DNA from: Eubacteriales bacterium
Lineage (GTDB): Bacteria > Bacillota > Clostridia > Oscillospirales > CAG-272
Length of the DNA stretch: 64,000 nucleotides
Direction: 5' to 3'
Assembly (NCBI GenBank): GCA_045651985.1
Contig: JAZRTK010000010.1
Span: 19,857-83,856, forward strand
Below the pieces are notes generated by a model that did no database searches, was not told the origin of the DNA, and was given only the letters and a program-made list of their open reading frames with translations. Shown here piece after piece: positions 27,269-35,899 of the stretch. A program made the position numbers and the translations under genes. Numbering within the stretch: the first letter of the stretch is position 1; the number at the start of each line of letters is the position of its first letter.

Positions 27269-28861
27269 ATGAAGGGCGACGACAAGTTCTGGTCACTTGA
27301 CGAGTTTGCTCCAAGGAAAACTATCTCGCGCCCCCAAAATCGTGACGTTGAAGCGGTTGAGATAAGCTTTGAGAGCGAAGAAAAAATAATTTCAAGTGTC
27401 CGCGAAATGACGTCCGACGGAATTTCAAAGGAAGAAATCCGGATGCGCCCCGACACCACCCTGACAGAACGGATAATTACCGCGATGCCAAGCAAAATCG
27501 TGGAAAGTGCGACACCGGATGAGGAATACGAAAGCGAGCTGCGCTTTATAGGACACGTGAAATTGTTCCACAGGAAGGATTACGGCTATTACGAGAGCTT
27601 CCTTGCAGACGGCAAACGGCTTTTTGATGAGAGCCGAGAGGGCGTTCCTTACTATTCTTATTTTTCCTACGTCCCTCAGTATTCTCAGCTGTCGCTTGGA
27701 CAGCTCGACTGCTATTTTGACCTGCGCCGTCAGATAAGGGCAGGGGGTGCGCCAAAAGCTGAATACAGCTATATTCTGCTCTATATAAGCGAGCTGATAA
27801 ATATTGACCCCGATACTCGGTCCGTGCCGAGAAAGCTTGCCCATCTGTGGCAAAGCTACCGCCGTATATATCCCAAGCTTGACGCGCTTATCCCCGAATG
27901 GATAACGGATTACTGTCTTCTTACCCGCACCATGCCGCCAAAGGGACTGAATAGCGAGCTTGAAGAATATATTTTCACCCATGCGTCACTTCGCGAGCTG
28001 TTCTTTTCGGGCAAGGACGATGACGTGAAAAAGCTGGTGGATTCAGGGGCTTACACCACCTACGATTACAGAAAAAGCAAGTTTGCAACCCAAGAAAACC
28101 TGCCTATTTTTGAGCAGATAATCCCCGCTGTTGTTGCCGTTACCTTGCGCCGTCTGGGAAGTGAGGGTAAGCTTCGATACGGCACGGGTAAGCTGAACCG
28201 CGATATGTTTACGGGTCTGCTCTGTACTCCTGCCAGAAAGTGCCGCGTTGAGGTGGACTATATTTCACTTTCCCGCTCCCACGAGGTGCGATATATCGTC
28301 ACCGACGCAGTAAAGCACGCGGAGAACAGGATACGCGCTTATCTTGGAATAAAATCCCGCCTGACTGTTTACAGCCTGCCCGCAGAGGATAGAAAAATAA
28401 TAGATTCTATGGTCACGGAAATGCTTGGCGGTGAGAAAAAGCCAAAGGCGGAGGAAGAAAAAACGGAATATTCTCACCTTTACGAGCTTCCAAAGCACGA
28501 ATTTTCGCTTGATATGGCAAAGAAGATAGAGGAGGAATCCTGGCAGACCACCGAACGCCTCATCGAAGCATTTGAGGAGAAAACGATTGAGGTTGCTCCC
28601 GCCGTGATATTCGAGACGACGGCGGAGGAAGGAGACCTTACTGTCGCCCTTTCCGAATATATTGATTTCGTCCGAGCAGCTCGGGATGGAGACTTTTACT
28701 CGCAACGCGCATTTGCCGACGCACGGGGACTGCTCGTGGGCTCTGTCGCCGACCGAATAAACGAAATTTCCGCCGACATTCTCGGAGATATTCTGCTTGA
28801 GGAATGTCCCTCGGGCTACAAAATAATTGATGATTACGCACAGGAGTTAAAAGATGTCTGA
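27269..28861 (+). CDS. TerB-N / TerB-C domain protein (Shango SngA-like)
   Basis: 530 aa with SD GAGGAGGTG. Residues ~125-180, YYSYFSYVPQYSQLSLGQLDCYFDLRRQIRAGGAPKAEYSYILLYISELINI, match the TerB_N signature as I remember it (aromatic-rich, YxxM/LxxxQ, Y/W-R, SYxFLYxYELIN). The C-terminal ~120 aa (LDMAKKIEEESWQTTERL...INEISADILGDILLEE...IIDDY) is TerB_C-like. No TM segment or signal peptide is present. Confidence 0.7.
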   Translation: MKGDDKFWSLDEFAPRKTISRPQNRDVEAVEISFESEEKIISSVREMTSDGISKEEIRMRPDTTLTERIITAMPSKIVESATPDEEYESELRFIGHVKLFHRKDYGYYESFLADGKRLFDESREGVPYYSYFSYVPQYSQLSLGQLDCYFDLRRQIRAGGAPKAEYSYILLYISELINIDPDTRSVPRKLAHLWQSYRRIYPKLDALIPEWITDYCLLTRTMPPKGLNSELEEYIFTHASLRELFFSGKDDDVKKLVDSGAYTTYDYRKSKFATQENLPIFEQIIPAVVAVTLRRLGSEGKLRYGTGKLNRDMFTGLLCTPARKCRVEVDYISLSRSHEVRYIVTDAVKHAENRIRAYLGIKSRLTVYSLPAEDRKIIDSMVTEMLGGEKKPKAEEEKTEYSHLYELPKHEFSLDMAKKIEEESWQTTERLIEAFEEKTIEVAPAVIFETTAEEGDLTVALSEYIDFVRAARDGDFYSQRAFADARGLLVGSVADRINEISADILGDILLEECPSGYKIIDDYAQELKDV

Positions 28862-30221
28862 CATCATTTCGCAAAAGATACCCAAAAGAATACTTTCATC
28901 TCTGCTTGCGTCGGTCTCGGCGGGAGTAGTGCCGCGAAGCGGTGCGCCATATATTGCTATCGGCCGCCGAGACGAGATAGAAGCGTTGCTCTCCGACCTT
29001 GAGGAAACGGGCGAGGGCGGCTCAAGAATGAGATTTCTCATTGGACGATACGGAAGTGGTAAGAGCTTTCTTATCCAGCTTATCCGAGGCTACGCTCTGG
29101 AGCGCAATTTTATTACCGCCGATGCGGACCTGTCCCCCGAGCGCCGTCTGTACGGCAGTAACGGGTCTGGAATTGCCACCTACCGTGAGCTTATAAAAAA
29201 TCTTGCCTCGAAGACCTCGCCCGACGGCGGAGCTTTGTCAAAGCTTGTCACCCGTTGGATAGACGATATCCGTGCAGCTCTCGTAAGGGAGGGATATTCG
29301 CTGTCCGACCCCGCGCTTGATACGGCGCTTGAAGCTCGTGTTTATGAGGAGATGCGCAGTATTGAAGGACTTGTGGGCGGTTTTGATTTCGCGCGTATCA
29401 TGGTTGAATTCTACCGAGCTTACGTCTTGGGTGACGAGGACAAAAAGTCTGCTTGTATGCGTTGGCTGAGAGGTGAGTACGCCACAAAGACTGAGGCACA
29501 GTGTGCCCTACGTTTCCGCGTTTCACTTATTATAGATGATGATAACTGGTACGATTTTATAAAGATCTGGGCGTCTCTTGTGCGCAAAATGGGATACCGC
29601 GGACTAGTTGTCTTTATAGACGAGTGCGTTAACCTTTATAAGATAACCCACCGCGTGTCCCGCGAAAACAACTACGAAAAGATACTTTCAATGTTCAATG
29701 ACACCCTGCAGGGACGTGCCGAGGGACTTGACATCATCATGGGCGGTACTCCTCAATTTCTGGAGGACACCCGCCGAGGACTGTTTTCATACGAGGCGCT
29801 GAAAAGCCGTCTTTGCGACAGCAGATTTGCAGGAAGTGAATTTAAAAATCTTATCGGTCCCGTCATCCGACTGCGACGACTGTCCGACGAGGAGCTTTTT
29901 GCGCTCATAGGCAGGATAACGAAGCTTTACGCGCAAAATTACGGATGTGAGCCGAGGATTTCCGAGGAGCAGATGCAGAAGTTTTTGTCAATTTGCCTTG
30001 ACCGCGCGGGCGCGGATATGATGATAACCCCCCGTGAGATGCTCCGAGACTACATGACGGTGCTCAATATCCTTATGCAGAACGAGAACGCTACATTTGA
30101 GCAGATTATCGGCGAGACCGCGGTGGGGGGAGCAAGCCCTGCACCGACGCAGGAAAAGAAAGAAGAAACGGTGCCTGCGCCCCGCACCCCCGATTTCAAC
30201 CCCGAAGATATAGAATTTTAA
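28854..30221 (+). CDS. DUF2791 / BrxC-BrxD-family P-loop ATPase (Shango SngB-like)
   Basis: 455 aa. Walker A is GRYGSGKS (aa 64-71) and Walker B is LVVFIDE (aa 251-257). The N-terminal LSSLLASVSAGVVPRSGAPYIAIGRRDEIEAL and the TPREMLRDYMTVLNIL tail are typical of DUF2791 proteins. The ATG overlaps the upstream stop by 8 nt. Confidence 0.72.
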   Translation: MSDIISQKIPKRILSSLLASVSAGVVPRSGAPYIAIGRRDEIEALLSDLEETGEGGSRMRFLIGRYGSGKSFLIQLIRGYALERNFITADADLSPERRLYGSNGSGIATYRELIKNLASKTSPDGGALSKLVTRWIDDIRAALVREGYSLSDPALDTALEARVYEEMRSIEGLVGGFDFARIMVEFYRAYVLGDEDKKSACMRWLRGEYATKTEAQCALRFRVSLIIDDDNWYDFIKIWASLVRKMGYRGLVVFIDECVNLYKITHRVSRENNYEKILSMFNDTLQGRAEGLDIIMGGTPQFLEDTRRGLFSYEALKSRLCDSRFAGSEFKNLIGPVIRLRRLSDEELFALIGRITKLYAQNYGCEPRISEEQMQKFLSICLDRAGADMMITPREMLRDYMTVLNILMQNENATFEQIIGETAVGGASPAPTQEKKEETVPAPRTPDFNPEDIEF

Positions 30222-30236
30222 AAGATGGAGATCAAT

Positions 30237-31262
30237 ATGTTATATTTTTCAAGTGATTACCAGCAGGCGTGCCACCCCGAGATACTTCGCCGTATAGCGG
30301 AGACCAATTACGAGGGTAATTCGGGCTATGGCACCGACGAACACTGTAAGATTGCAAAGGAGAAGATAAAGGCGGCTTGCGGTACTCCCGATGCTGAGAT
30401 TTTCTTTATTCCCGGCGGCACCCAGACCAATATGCTGGTGCTCAATACCATCCTTGCGCCTTATGAGGGTGTGATCTCTGCCGAAACGGGACACATTCAG
30501 GGGCACGAGGCGGGTGCGGTTGAGTTTACGGGACATAAAATTCTGACGATTCCCGGCTACGAGGGCAAAATAAAAGCCGCCGACCTGCGTGCAAGACTGC
30601 GTGCTTATGCCGACGACGATAACCGAGAGCATACCACGCCCGCAGGTGCTCTTTATATCTCGTTCCCCACCGAATATGGAACTATTTATTCAAAGTCCGA
30701 GCTGACCGAAATTTACTCAATCTGCCGCGAGTACGCTATACCCCTGTTCATCGACGGCGCGCGCCTTGGATACGGTCTTATGAGTCCTGAGTGCGACCTG
30801 ACATTGCCTGAGCTTGCACACCTGTGCGACGTTTTCTATATCGGAGGCACGAAGATGGGGGCGCTTATGGGCGAGGCGGTGGTATTCACACATGCAAATA
30901 TGCCAAAGCATTTTTTCACCTCGGTAAAACAGCACGGCGCGCTTCTTGCGAAAGGTTGGCTGCTTGGGCTCCAGTTTGAAACGCTTTTCACCGACGACCT
31001 TTATTTTAAGCTCGGCAAAAACGCAATTGATTGCGCCATGAAGCTGAAAAAGCTGCTTGTTGAAAAGGGCTATAAACTTCACCTTGATTCTCCCACAAAT
31101 CAGCAGTTTGCGTTGGTTGAGGACAGCCTGCTTCCAAAGCTGGCAGAGAACGTCAGCTATGGCTTCTGGGAAAAGCCCGACGAGACCCACACGGTCATTC
31201 GCTTTGCAACGGGCTGGGCAACACGTCCGGAAGACGTGGAGGAGCTGGGAAAGTATCTGTAA
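30237..31262 (+). CDS. threonine-aldolase family PLP-dependent enzyme (Beta_elim_lyase fold)
   Basis: 341 aa. GGTQTN, DGARL and the IGGTKMG Lys region align by eye with E. coli LtaE (TGTQAN, DGARI, LSKGLG). The start lies 15 nt after the ATPase stop, with no terminator between them. Confidence 0.75.
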   Translation: MLYFSSDYQQACHPEILRRIAETNYEGNSGYGTDEHCKIAKEKIKAACGTPDAEIFFIPGGTQTNMLVLNTILAPYEGVISAETGHIQGHEAGAVEFTGHKILTIPGYEGKIKAADLRARLRAYADDDNREHTTPAGALYISFPTEYGTIYSKSELTEIYSICREYAIPLFIDGARLGYGLMSPECDLTLPELAHLCDVFYIGGTKMGALMGEAVVFTHANMPKHFFTSVKQHGALLAKGWLLGLQFETLFTDDLYFKLGKNAIDCAMKLKKLLVEKGYKLHLDSPTNQQFALVEDSLLPKLAENVSYGFWEKPDETHTVIRFATGWATRPEDVEELGKYL

Positions 31263-31263
31263 T

Positions 31264-31296
31264 AAAAAAACGGACTGCAACGCAGTCCGTTTTTTA
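31264..31296. terminator. bidirectional terminator (aldolase gene / ispE)
   Basis: Stem AAACGGACTGC/GCAGTCCGTTT, flanked by A- and T-runs. Confidence 0.85.
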
Positions 31297-32166
31297 TTAC
31301 ATTGTTTCACATACAAACGCTCTTGCACCACTTTGACGGATAATTTTAGCCGCCTTTTGCGCCGATTCGGCTGAGTCAAAAAGACCGTAGACCGAGGGAC
31401 CGCTGCCGCTCATCATAGCAGAGAGGGCGCCGTTTTGCATCATTTTCCCTTTGAGAACATCGACCATAGGTCGTACGGGTGGCACTGCCGATTCAAAAAT
31501 ATTGAATGTTTTACCCGCGACGTCTCGTTCGTCCGAGTGCTCAAGAGCGGAGATCAGCGAGTCGAATTTTTCGGAATTTTGGTTGCCTTCTTTAAAATCT
31601 CCGAACATTCGGTCAAGCTCGCCGTATGCCCAAGGGGTTGACACACCCTCGCCGTCAATAGCGATCATCACGTGGAGCTTTGGACAAGCAGGGCAGAGTT
31701 CAAGAACGTCACCTATACCGCGAGTTATCTTCGTTCCTCCGAAAAGGCAGAAGGGTACGTCCGCGCCAACTTTTGAGGCTATTTTTATAAGCTCGGAGTC
31801 GGACAAATCTGCGCCCGTCAGCTCGTTTAAACTCATTATGACCGCCGCTCCGTCGGTGCTTCCTCCCGCAAGACCTGCCGCCATTGGAATGCGCTTTTCT
31901 ATATGTATCTTTGCGCCCGCGCTGATGCCTGTAAACTCAAAGAATTTGTGGGCAGCCCGAACGGCAATATTGCTGTTATCACATGGCACGCCCTCAACGT
32001 TTGATGAGACGGAAAAAGTGCCGTCTGTCAGCTCGGTCGTCACCGTGTCCGAGAGTGACACCGACTGCATCACGCTCAAAATGTCGTGGTAACCGTCCCT
32101 GCGCTTTTGTGTGACGTCAAGAAAAAGATTTATTTTTGCATACGCCTCTCGGCTTTGTGTTTTCAT
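31297..32166 (-). CDS. ispE: 4-diphosphocytidyl-2-C-methyl-D-erythritol kinase
   Basis: 289 aa from ATG 32166. AYAKINLFLDV...KRIPMAAGLAGGSTDGAA (GHMP motif). Confidence 0.9.
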   Translation of the reverse strand: MKTQSREAYAKINLFLDVTQKRRDGYHDILSVMQSVSLSDTVTTELTDGTFSVSSNVEGVPCDNSNIAVRAAHKFFEFTGISAGAKIHIEKRIPMAAGLAGGSTDGAAVIMSLNELTGADLSDSELIKIASKVGADVPFCLFGGTKITRGIGDVLELCPACPKLHVMIAIDGEGVSTPWAYGELDRMFGDFKEGNQNSEKFDSLISALEHSDERDVAGKTFNIFESAVPPVRPMVDVLKGKMMQNGALSAMMSGSGPSVYGLFDSAESAQKAAKIIRQSGARAFVCETM

Positions 32167-32316
32167 TCTGTATCTCACTTTCGCCGTCGTTTTTATAATT
32201 CTACCATATTGCCACCGAATTATCAACATTTTCTTGAAAATATACCTTTTTACTTGATTTTGTTCTGAAAAAGGAGTATAATTAAAGAGCAAATTTTATT
32301 TGAAAGAGGTACAAAA

Positions 32317-33120
32317 ATGAAAGAATTTCTCATGGACCTTGCTGCTTGGGCCACCACCAAGGGCATATCTATCGTTGCCGCGCTTCTTATCCTCGGAATC
32401 GGTTGGGGGATCGTTTCCTCTATATCGAAGAAGCTCAAGACGGGTAAGTACGGAAAGAAAATGGACCCCACAGTACGCAACTTCGTGGCAAACTTCTGCA
32501 ATATCGGATTGAAGATTGTTCTCGTGGTGACTGTTGTCGTTATCATGGGTGTGCCTGAGGCTTCAATTGCGGCAGTACTTGCATCTGCGGGTGTTACTAT
32601 CGGTCTTGCTTTGCAGGGCGGTCTTTCCAATATCGCCAGCGGAATCATTCTGCTTATCACTCGTCCGTTCTCCATCGGTGATTTCGTAACCGTTGCGGGC
32701 GAAAGCGGAACGGTTACAGACATCAACATATACTACACCACCATTCTTACCCCCGACAACAAGACTATCACCGTTCCCAACTCTGCGGCGTCCACGTCCA
32801 ACATCACCAATTTCTCGATCGAGAACAAGAGACGTATTGCCATTGACGTGCTTGTGGCTTACGGGACAGATACCGAGCTTGTAAAATCTACTCTGCTTGA
32901 AATTGCGAATTCCAACGATAAGGTCCTGCGCGACCCTGCACCCGAGGCTGTTCTTACAACCCTGGGCGACAGAGGAATCAGCTTCTCTCTGAGAATGTGG
33001 GTAGATAACTCCGACTTCTGGAACGTTACCTTTGCGGCAAACGAGGCAGTCAAGGCTTCCTTTGAGGAGAAGGGAATATCCGTTCCCAAGACACAGATAA
33101 ATCTTCACCAGGCAAAGTGA
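32317..33120 (+). CDS. small-conductance mechanosensitive channel (MscS family)
   Basis: 267 aa with three TM segments, then ITRPFSIGDFVTVAGESGTVTDINIYYTTILTPDNKTITVPNS. Confidence 0.85.
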   Translation: MKEFLMDLAAWATTKGISIVAALLILGIGWGIVSSISKKLKTGKYGKKMDPTVRNFVANFCNIGLKIVLVVTVVVIMGVPEASIAAVLASAGVTIGLALQGGLSNIASGIILLITRPFSIGDFVTVAGESGTVTDINIYYTTILTPDNKTITVPNSAASTSNITNFSIENKRRIAIDVLVAYGTDTELVKSTLLEIANSNDKVLRDPAPEAVLTTLGDRGISFSLRMWVDNSDFWNVTFAANEAVKASFEEKGISVPKTQINLHQAK

Positions 33121-33133
33121 TTTTATAAAACAC

Positions 33134-33164
33134 AAACAACGGCGCTGTGCGCCGTTGTTTTTTG
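33134..33164 (+). terminator. rho-independent terminator
   Basis: Stem CAACGGCGC/GCGCCGTTG followed by TTTTTT. Confidence 0.8.
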
Positions 33165-33186
33165 CTTGGGTAAAATTCAGGAGAGA

Positions 33187-33495
33187 TCATCTCTCCTCGC
33201 TCAGCTCGTCGGCAAATATAAATGCTACCGCGCCGAAAAGAACGAGGCAGATAAGAGCACCCGCAATAATGGACAGAGCTCCGCTTACCACCATTCCCAC
33301 GGTGAGTGCAAAGAATCCAACGCAAGCAATTCCGCCTGCAACCTTCATTGTGGACAGGATCGTGGAATTTGAAAAGATCGCTTCTATTATAGAAATAAGA
33401 AGCTGGAAAAATCCTGCACTTCTTCTTGTGGCGGGGCGAGTCTCCTTTCTTGCGGGATAATTATATACGTTTCTTCTGTTGTAACAAGCATTCAT
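33187..33495 (-). CDS. small hypothetical membrane protein (102 aa, 2 predicted TM)
   Basis: SD AAAGGAG lies 8 nt before ATG 33495. The N-terminus is basic and two hydrophobic helices follow. I recognise no family. Confidence 0.5.
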   Translation of the reverse strand: MNACYNRRNVYNYPARKETRPATRRSAGFFQLLISIIEAIFSNSTILSTMKVAGGIACVGFFALTVGMVVSGALSIIAGALICLVLFGAVAFIFADELSEER

Positions 33496-33603
33496 TTTAT
33501 TATCTCCTTTCCGATTTCGGAACTTTTGTAAGCTTATTATAACACAAAAAATCGATTTGTCAATAGGTTTTTTCCAAAAAACGAAAATATTTTTAAAAAA
33601 CTC

Positions 33604-33632
33604 TTTACAAAACGGAAAAATGGTGCTATAAT
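33604..33632 (+). promoter_or_regulatory. putative promoter of the XRE-S24 repressor gene
   Basis: TTTACA, a 17-nt spacer, then TATAAT (33627-33632), preceded by TGc. Confidence 0.5.
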
Positions 33633-33674
33633 GATATCGTAAAAGAAATAAAAAGCGCGAGGGGAGTGCCTAAA

Positions 33675-34481
33675 ATGGAATACATCGATAGAATTAAAAA
33701 GATCAAAAGCGAAAAGAAGATCACAAACGAGAAGCTGTCCGAGATGACCGGAATACCGCTGGGTACGCTGAGCAAGATCATGGCGGAGATAAGCGACTCG
33801 CCGAAGTTCGTCAATATCCTCTCTATCTGCGAGGCGCTGGGTTGCTCGGTTAACTACATCGTGACAGGAGAGCCCGATAACAACAATAACTGCTACCTTG
33901 AGGTGGGTGAGATGAACCTTATCGACAGCTACCGCCGTCTGGATACCCACGGTCGTGAGCTGGTCGCCCTCGTATTAAATAAGGAAGCGGAGCGCATCAC
34001 AAAGGCAGATTACGGAATCGGAGCAGAGCCTCAGAGGAAGTCCGCAAAGATCCTTACTCCCAAGAAGCCCGCGTCAAAGCCCGCATCGCAGAAGAGCGCG
34101 GCAGAGTATGGCAGACGCGTTATCTCGCTTTTCGAGATGCCCGTCTCCGCAGGTCGCGGCGTTTACCTTGACGGAGGAGCTGCCGACGAGATCAACATTC
34201 CCGATACGGTCAAGACCCGCAGCGCGGATTACGCTCTGCGCATCAGCGGAAACAGTATGGAGCCCAAGTATCACAACGGCGATATTCTGCTTATCCAGAA
34301 CTGCGACAGCGTCGAAATAGGAGAGCTTGGAATTTTCGTTCTCGACGGCGAGGGATACTTCAAGCAGTTCGGCGGCGACCGCCTAATTTCCCTCAATCCC
34401 GAATACCCCGATATTCCTCTCAGCGATTTTTCCGACGCGGAATGCTGCGGCAGAGTTGTTGGACGGCTTAAAAAGAAATAA
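33675..34481 (+). CDS. XRE-family HTH plus S24 (LexA/CI-like) self-cleaving repressor
   Basis: 268 aa. The N-terminal HTH is KITNEKLSEMTGIPLGTLSKIM. A basic linker follows, then the S24 core ISGNSMEPKYHNGDILLIQ...GRVVGRLKK. Confidence 0.8.
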   Translation: MEYIDRIKKIKSEKKITNEKLSEMTGIPLGTLSKIMAEISDSPKFVNILSICEALGCSVNYIVTGEPDNNNNCYLEVGEMNLIDSYRRLDTHGRELVALVLNKEAERITKADYGIGAEPQRKSAKILTPKKPASKPASQKSAAEYGRRVISLFEMPVSAGRGVYLDGGAADEINIPDTVKTRSADYALRISGNSMEPKYHNGDILLIQNCDSVEIGELGIFVLDGEGYFKQFGGDRLISLNPEYPDIPLSDFSDAECCGRVVGRLKKK

Positions 34482-34483
34482 GA

Positions 34484-34511
34484 AAAAGGTCTGCTCAGAG
34501 CAGACCTTTTT
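34484..34511 (+). terminator. rho-independent terminator
   Basis: GGTCTGC-TCAGA-GCAGACC followed by TTTTT. Confidence 0.8.
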
Positions 34512-34571
34512 CTTGACTTTCATGTTTTTTCATGGTACAATCCTGTTTGAATATGTTGAAAGGTAAATACC

Positions 34572-35747
34572 ATGGGAACAAAGTACTCAAAAACTATCAG
34601 CTGTTGTCTTTTGGGCTACGTGGTCCAGGCTATCATCAATAACTACGTGCCCCTGCTTTTTGTTACGTTCAACCGAGATTTCGGCGTGTCTCTTGAAAAG
34701 ATATCACTGATAATAACTATAAATTTCATAGTTCAGATAACTGCCGACCTGATCTCGTCGAAATTCATTGACAAGATAGGCTACCGAGTTACGGTGGTGG
34801 TGGCCCACGGATTATCTTTTGCGGGAATGTTGGCACTCGCCGTCCTGCCTAACGTCATGGACCCCTACGTCGGACTTGTTATCGCTACTGTTGTCTGCGC
34901 CCTTGGAGGTGGGCTTATCGAGGTCATAATCAGTCCGATAGTTGAGGCGTGTCCCAGCGAAAACAAGGCGGCACACATGAGTCTGCTTCATTCCTTTTAC
35001 TGCTGGGGACACGTGGCGGTGGTGCTTATCTCTACTCTGTTCTTTGCGGCTGTGGGAACGGAAAAATGGTACATTCTGGCCTCTGTCTGGTCGCTGTTGC
35101 CTCTTGCAAACGGTATTGCATTTTGCTATGTGCCGATACTAACACTCACCGAGAAAGGGAAGTCCACTCCGATTTTTCGGCTTATGCGTACCAAGACCTT
35201 TTGGTCATTTATCGTTATCATGGTCTGCGCGGGAGCCTGCGAGCTTAGTATTGCCCAGTGGGCATCAGCCTTTGCGGAAGCGGGACTTGGTGTTGGCAAG
35301 ACCGTTGGCGACCTTTTAGGTCCTATGGCGTTTGCTATCCTTATGGGCGGATCGCGAATCTTCTATTCCCGCATGGGAAATAAAATAAAGATAGAAAAAT
35401 ATCTTGTTGTCTGCTCGGCTGTTTGCCTTTTCAGCTATCTGCTTATCGCTCTGTCACCCTATAAGTTCCTCTCCCTTGTGGGCTGCGGGATCTGCGGCTT
35501 TGCGGTGGGCGTTATGTGGCCCGGCTCGTACAGCATGGCGGCGGAAAAGATGCCCGGCGGCGGTGCGGCGATGTTTGCCATGCTTGCTTTGGCAGGTGAC
35601 ACGGGCTGTGCCTTGGGCCCCGGACTTGTGGGAGCGGTCTCCGAGCGCTTTTCGGGTGACCTGAAGACGGGTATCCTTGCGGTGACTGTTTTCCCCGTAG
35701 TCTTGCTGTTTTCTGCTATCGCTTACGAAAGAAAAGCAAGAAAATAA
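34572..35747 (+). CDS. MFS transporter
   Basis: 391 aa with ~12 hydrophobic segments and a typical MFS layout. Confidence 0.75.
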   Translation: MGTKYSKTISCCLLGYVVQAIINNYVPLLFVTFNRDFGVSLEKISLIITINFIVQITADLISSKFIDKIGYRVTVVVAHGLSFAGMLALAVLPNVMDPYVGLVIATVVCALGGGLIEVIISPIVEACPSENKAAHMSLLHSFYCWGHVAVVLISTLFFAAVGTEKWYILASVWSLLPLANGIAFCYVPILTLTEKGKSTPIFRLMRTKTFWSFIVIMVCAGACELSIAQWASAFAEAGLGVGKTVGDLLGPMAFAILMGGSRIFYSRMGNKIKIEKYLVVCSAVCLFSYLLIALSPYKFLSLVGCGICGFAVGVMWPGSYSMAAEKMPGGGAAMFAMLALAGDTGCALGPGLVGAVSERFSGDLKTGILAVTVFPVVLLFSAIAYERKARK

Positions 35748-35750
35748 CGA

Positions 35751-35782
35751 AAAAAGCACTTGCTGAACGCAAGTGCTTTTTT
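35751..35782. terminator. bidirectional terminator shared by the MFS gene and tRNA-Lys
   Basis: Stem AGCACTTGC/GCAAGTGCT, flanked by A5 and T6 runs. It abuts the tRNA 3' end. Confidence 0.8.
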
Positions 35783-35783
35783 C

Positions 35784-35859
35784 TGGTGCTCCATTGCGGA
35801 ATCGAACCGCAGACACCTTGATTAAAAGTCAAGTGCTCTACCGGCTGAGCTAATGGGGC
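35784..35859 (-). tRNA. tRNA-Lys (anticodon UUU), CCA encoded
   Basis: Reverse complement: GCCCCAT-TA-GCTC-AGCCGGTA-GAGC-A-CTTGA-CTTTTAA-TCAAG-GTGTC-TGCGG-TTCGATT-CCGCA-ATGGAGC-A-CCA. The cloverleaf was folded by hand. There is one C3:A70 mismatch in the acceptor stem. Confidence 0.9.
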
Positions 35860-35899
35860 ATGGTCCACGGAAAGAGCTTCTTTCCGTGCAACGCATAAT

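Noticed and set aside
27031-27495. 154-aa minus-strand ORF spanning the lysC start, the divergent promoter region and the TerB gene start
   Set aside because: It crosses two predicted promoters and overlaps two supported CDS. It has no SD and a low-complexity product.
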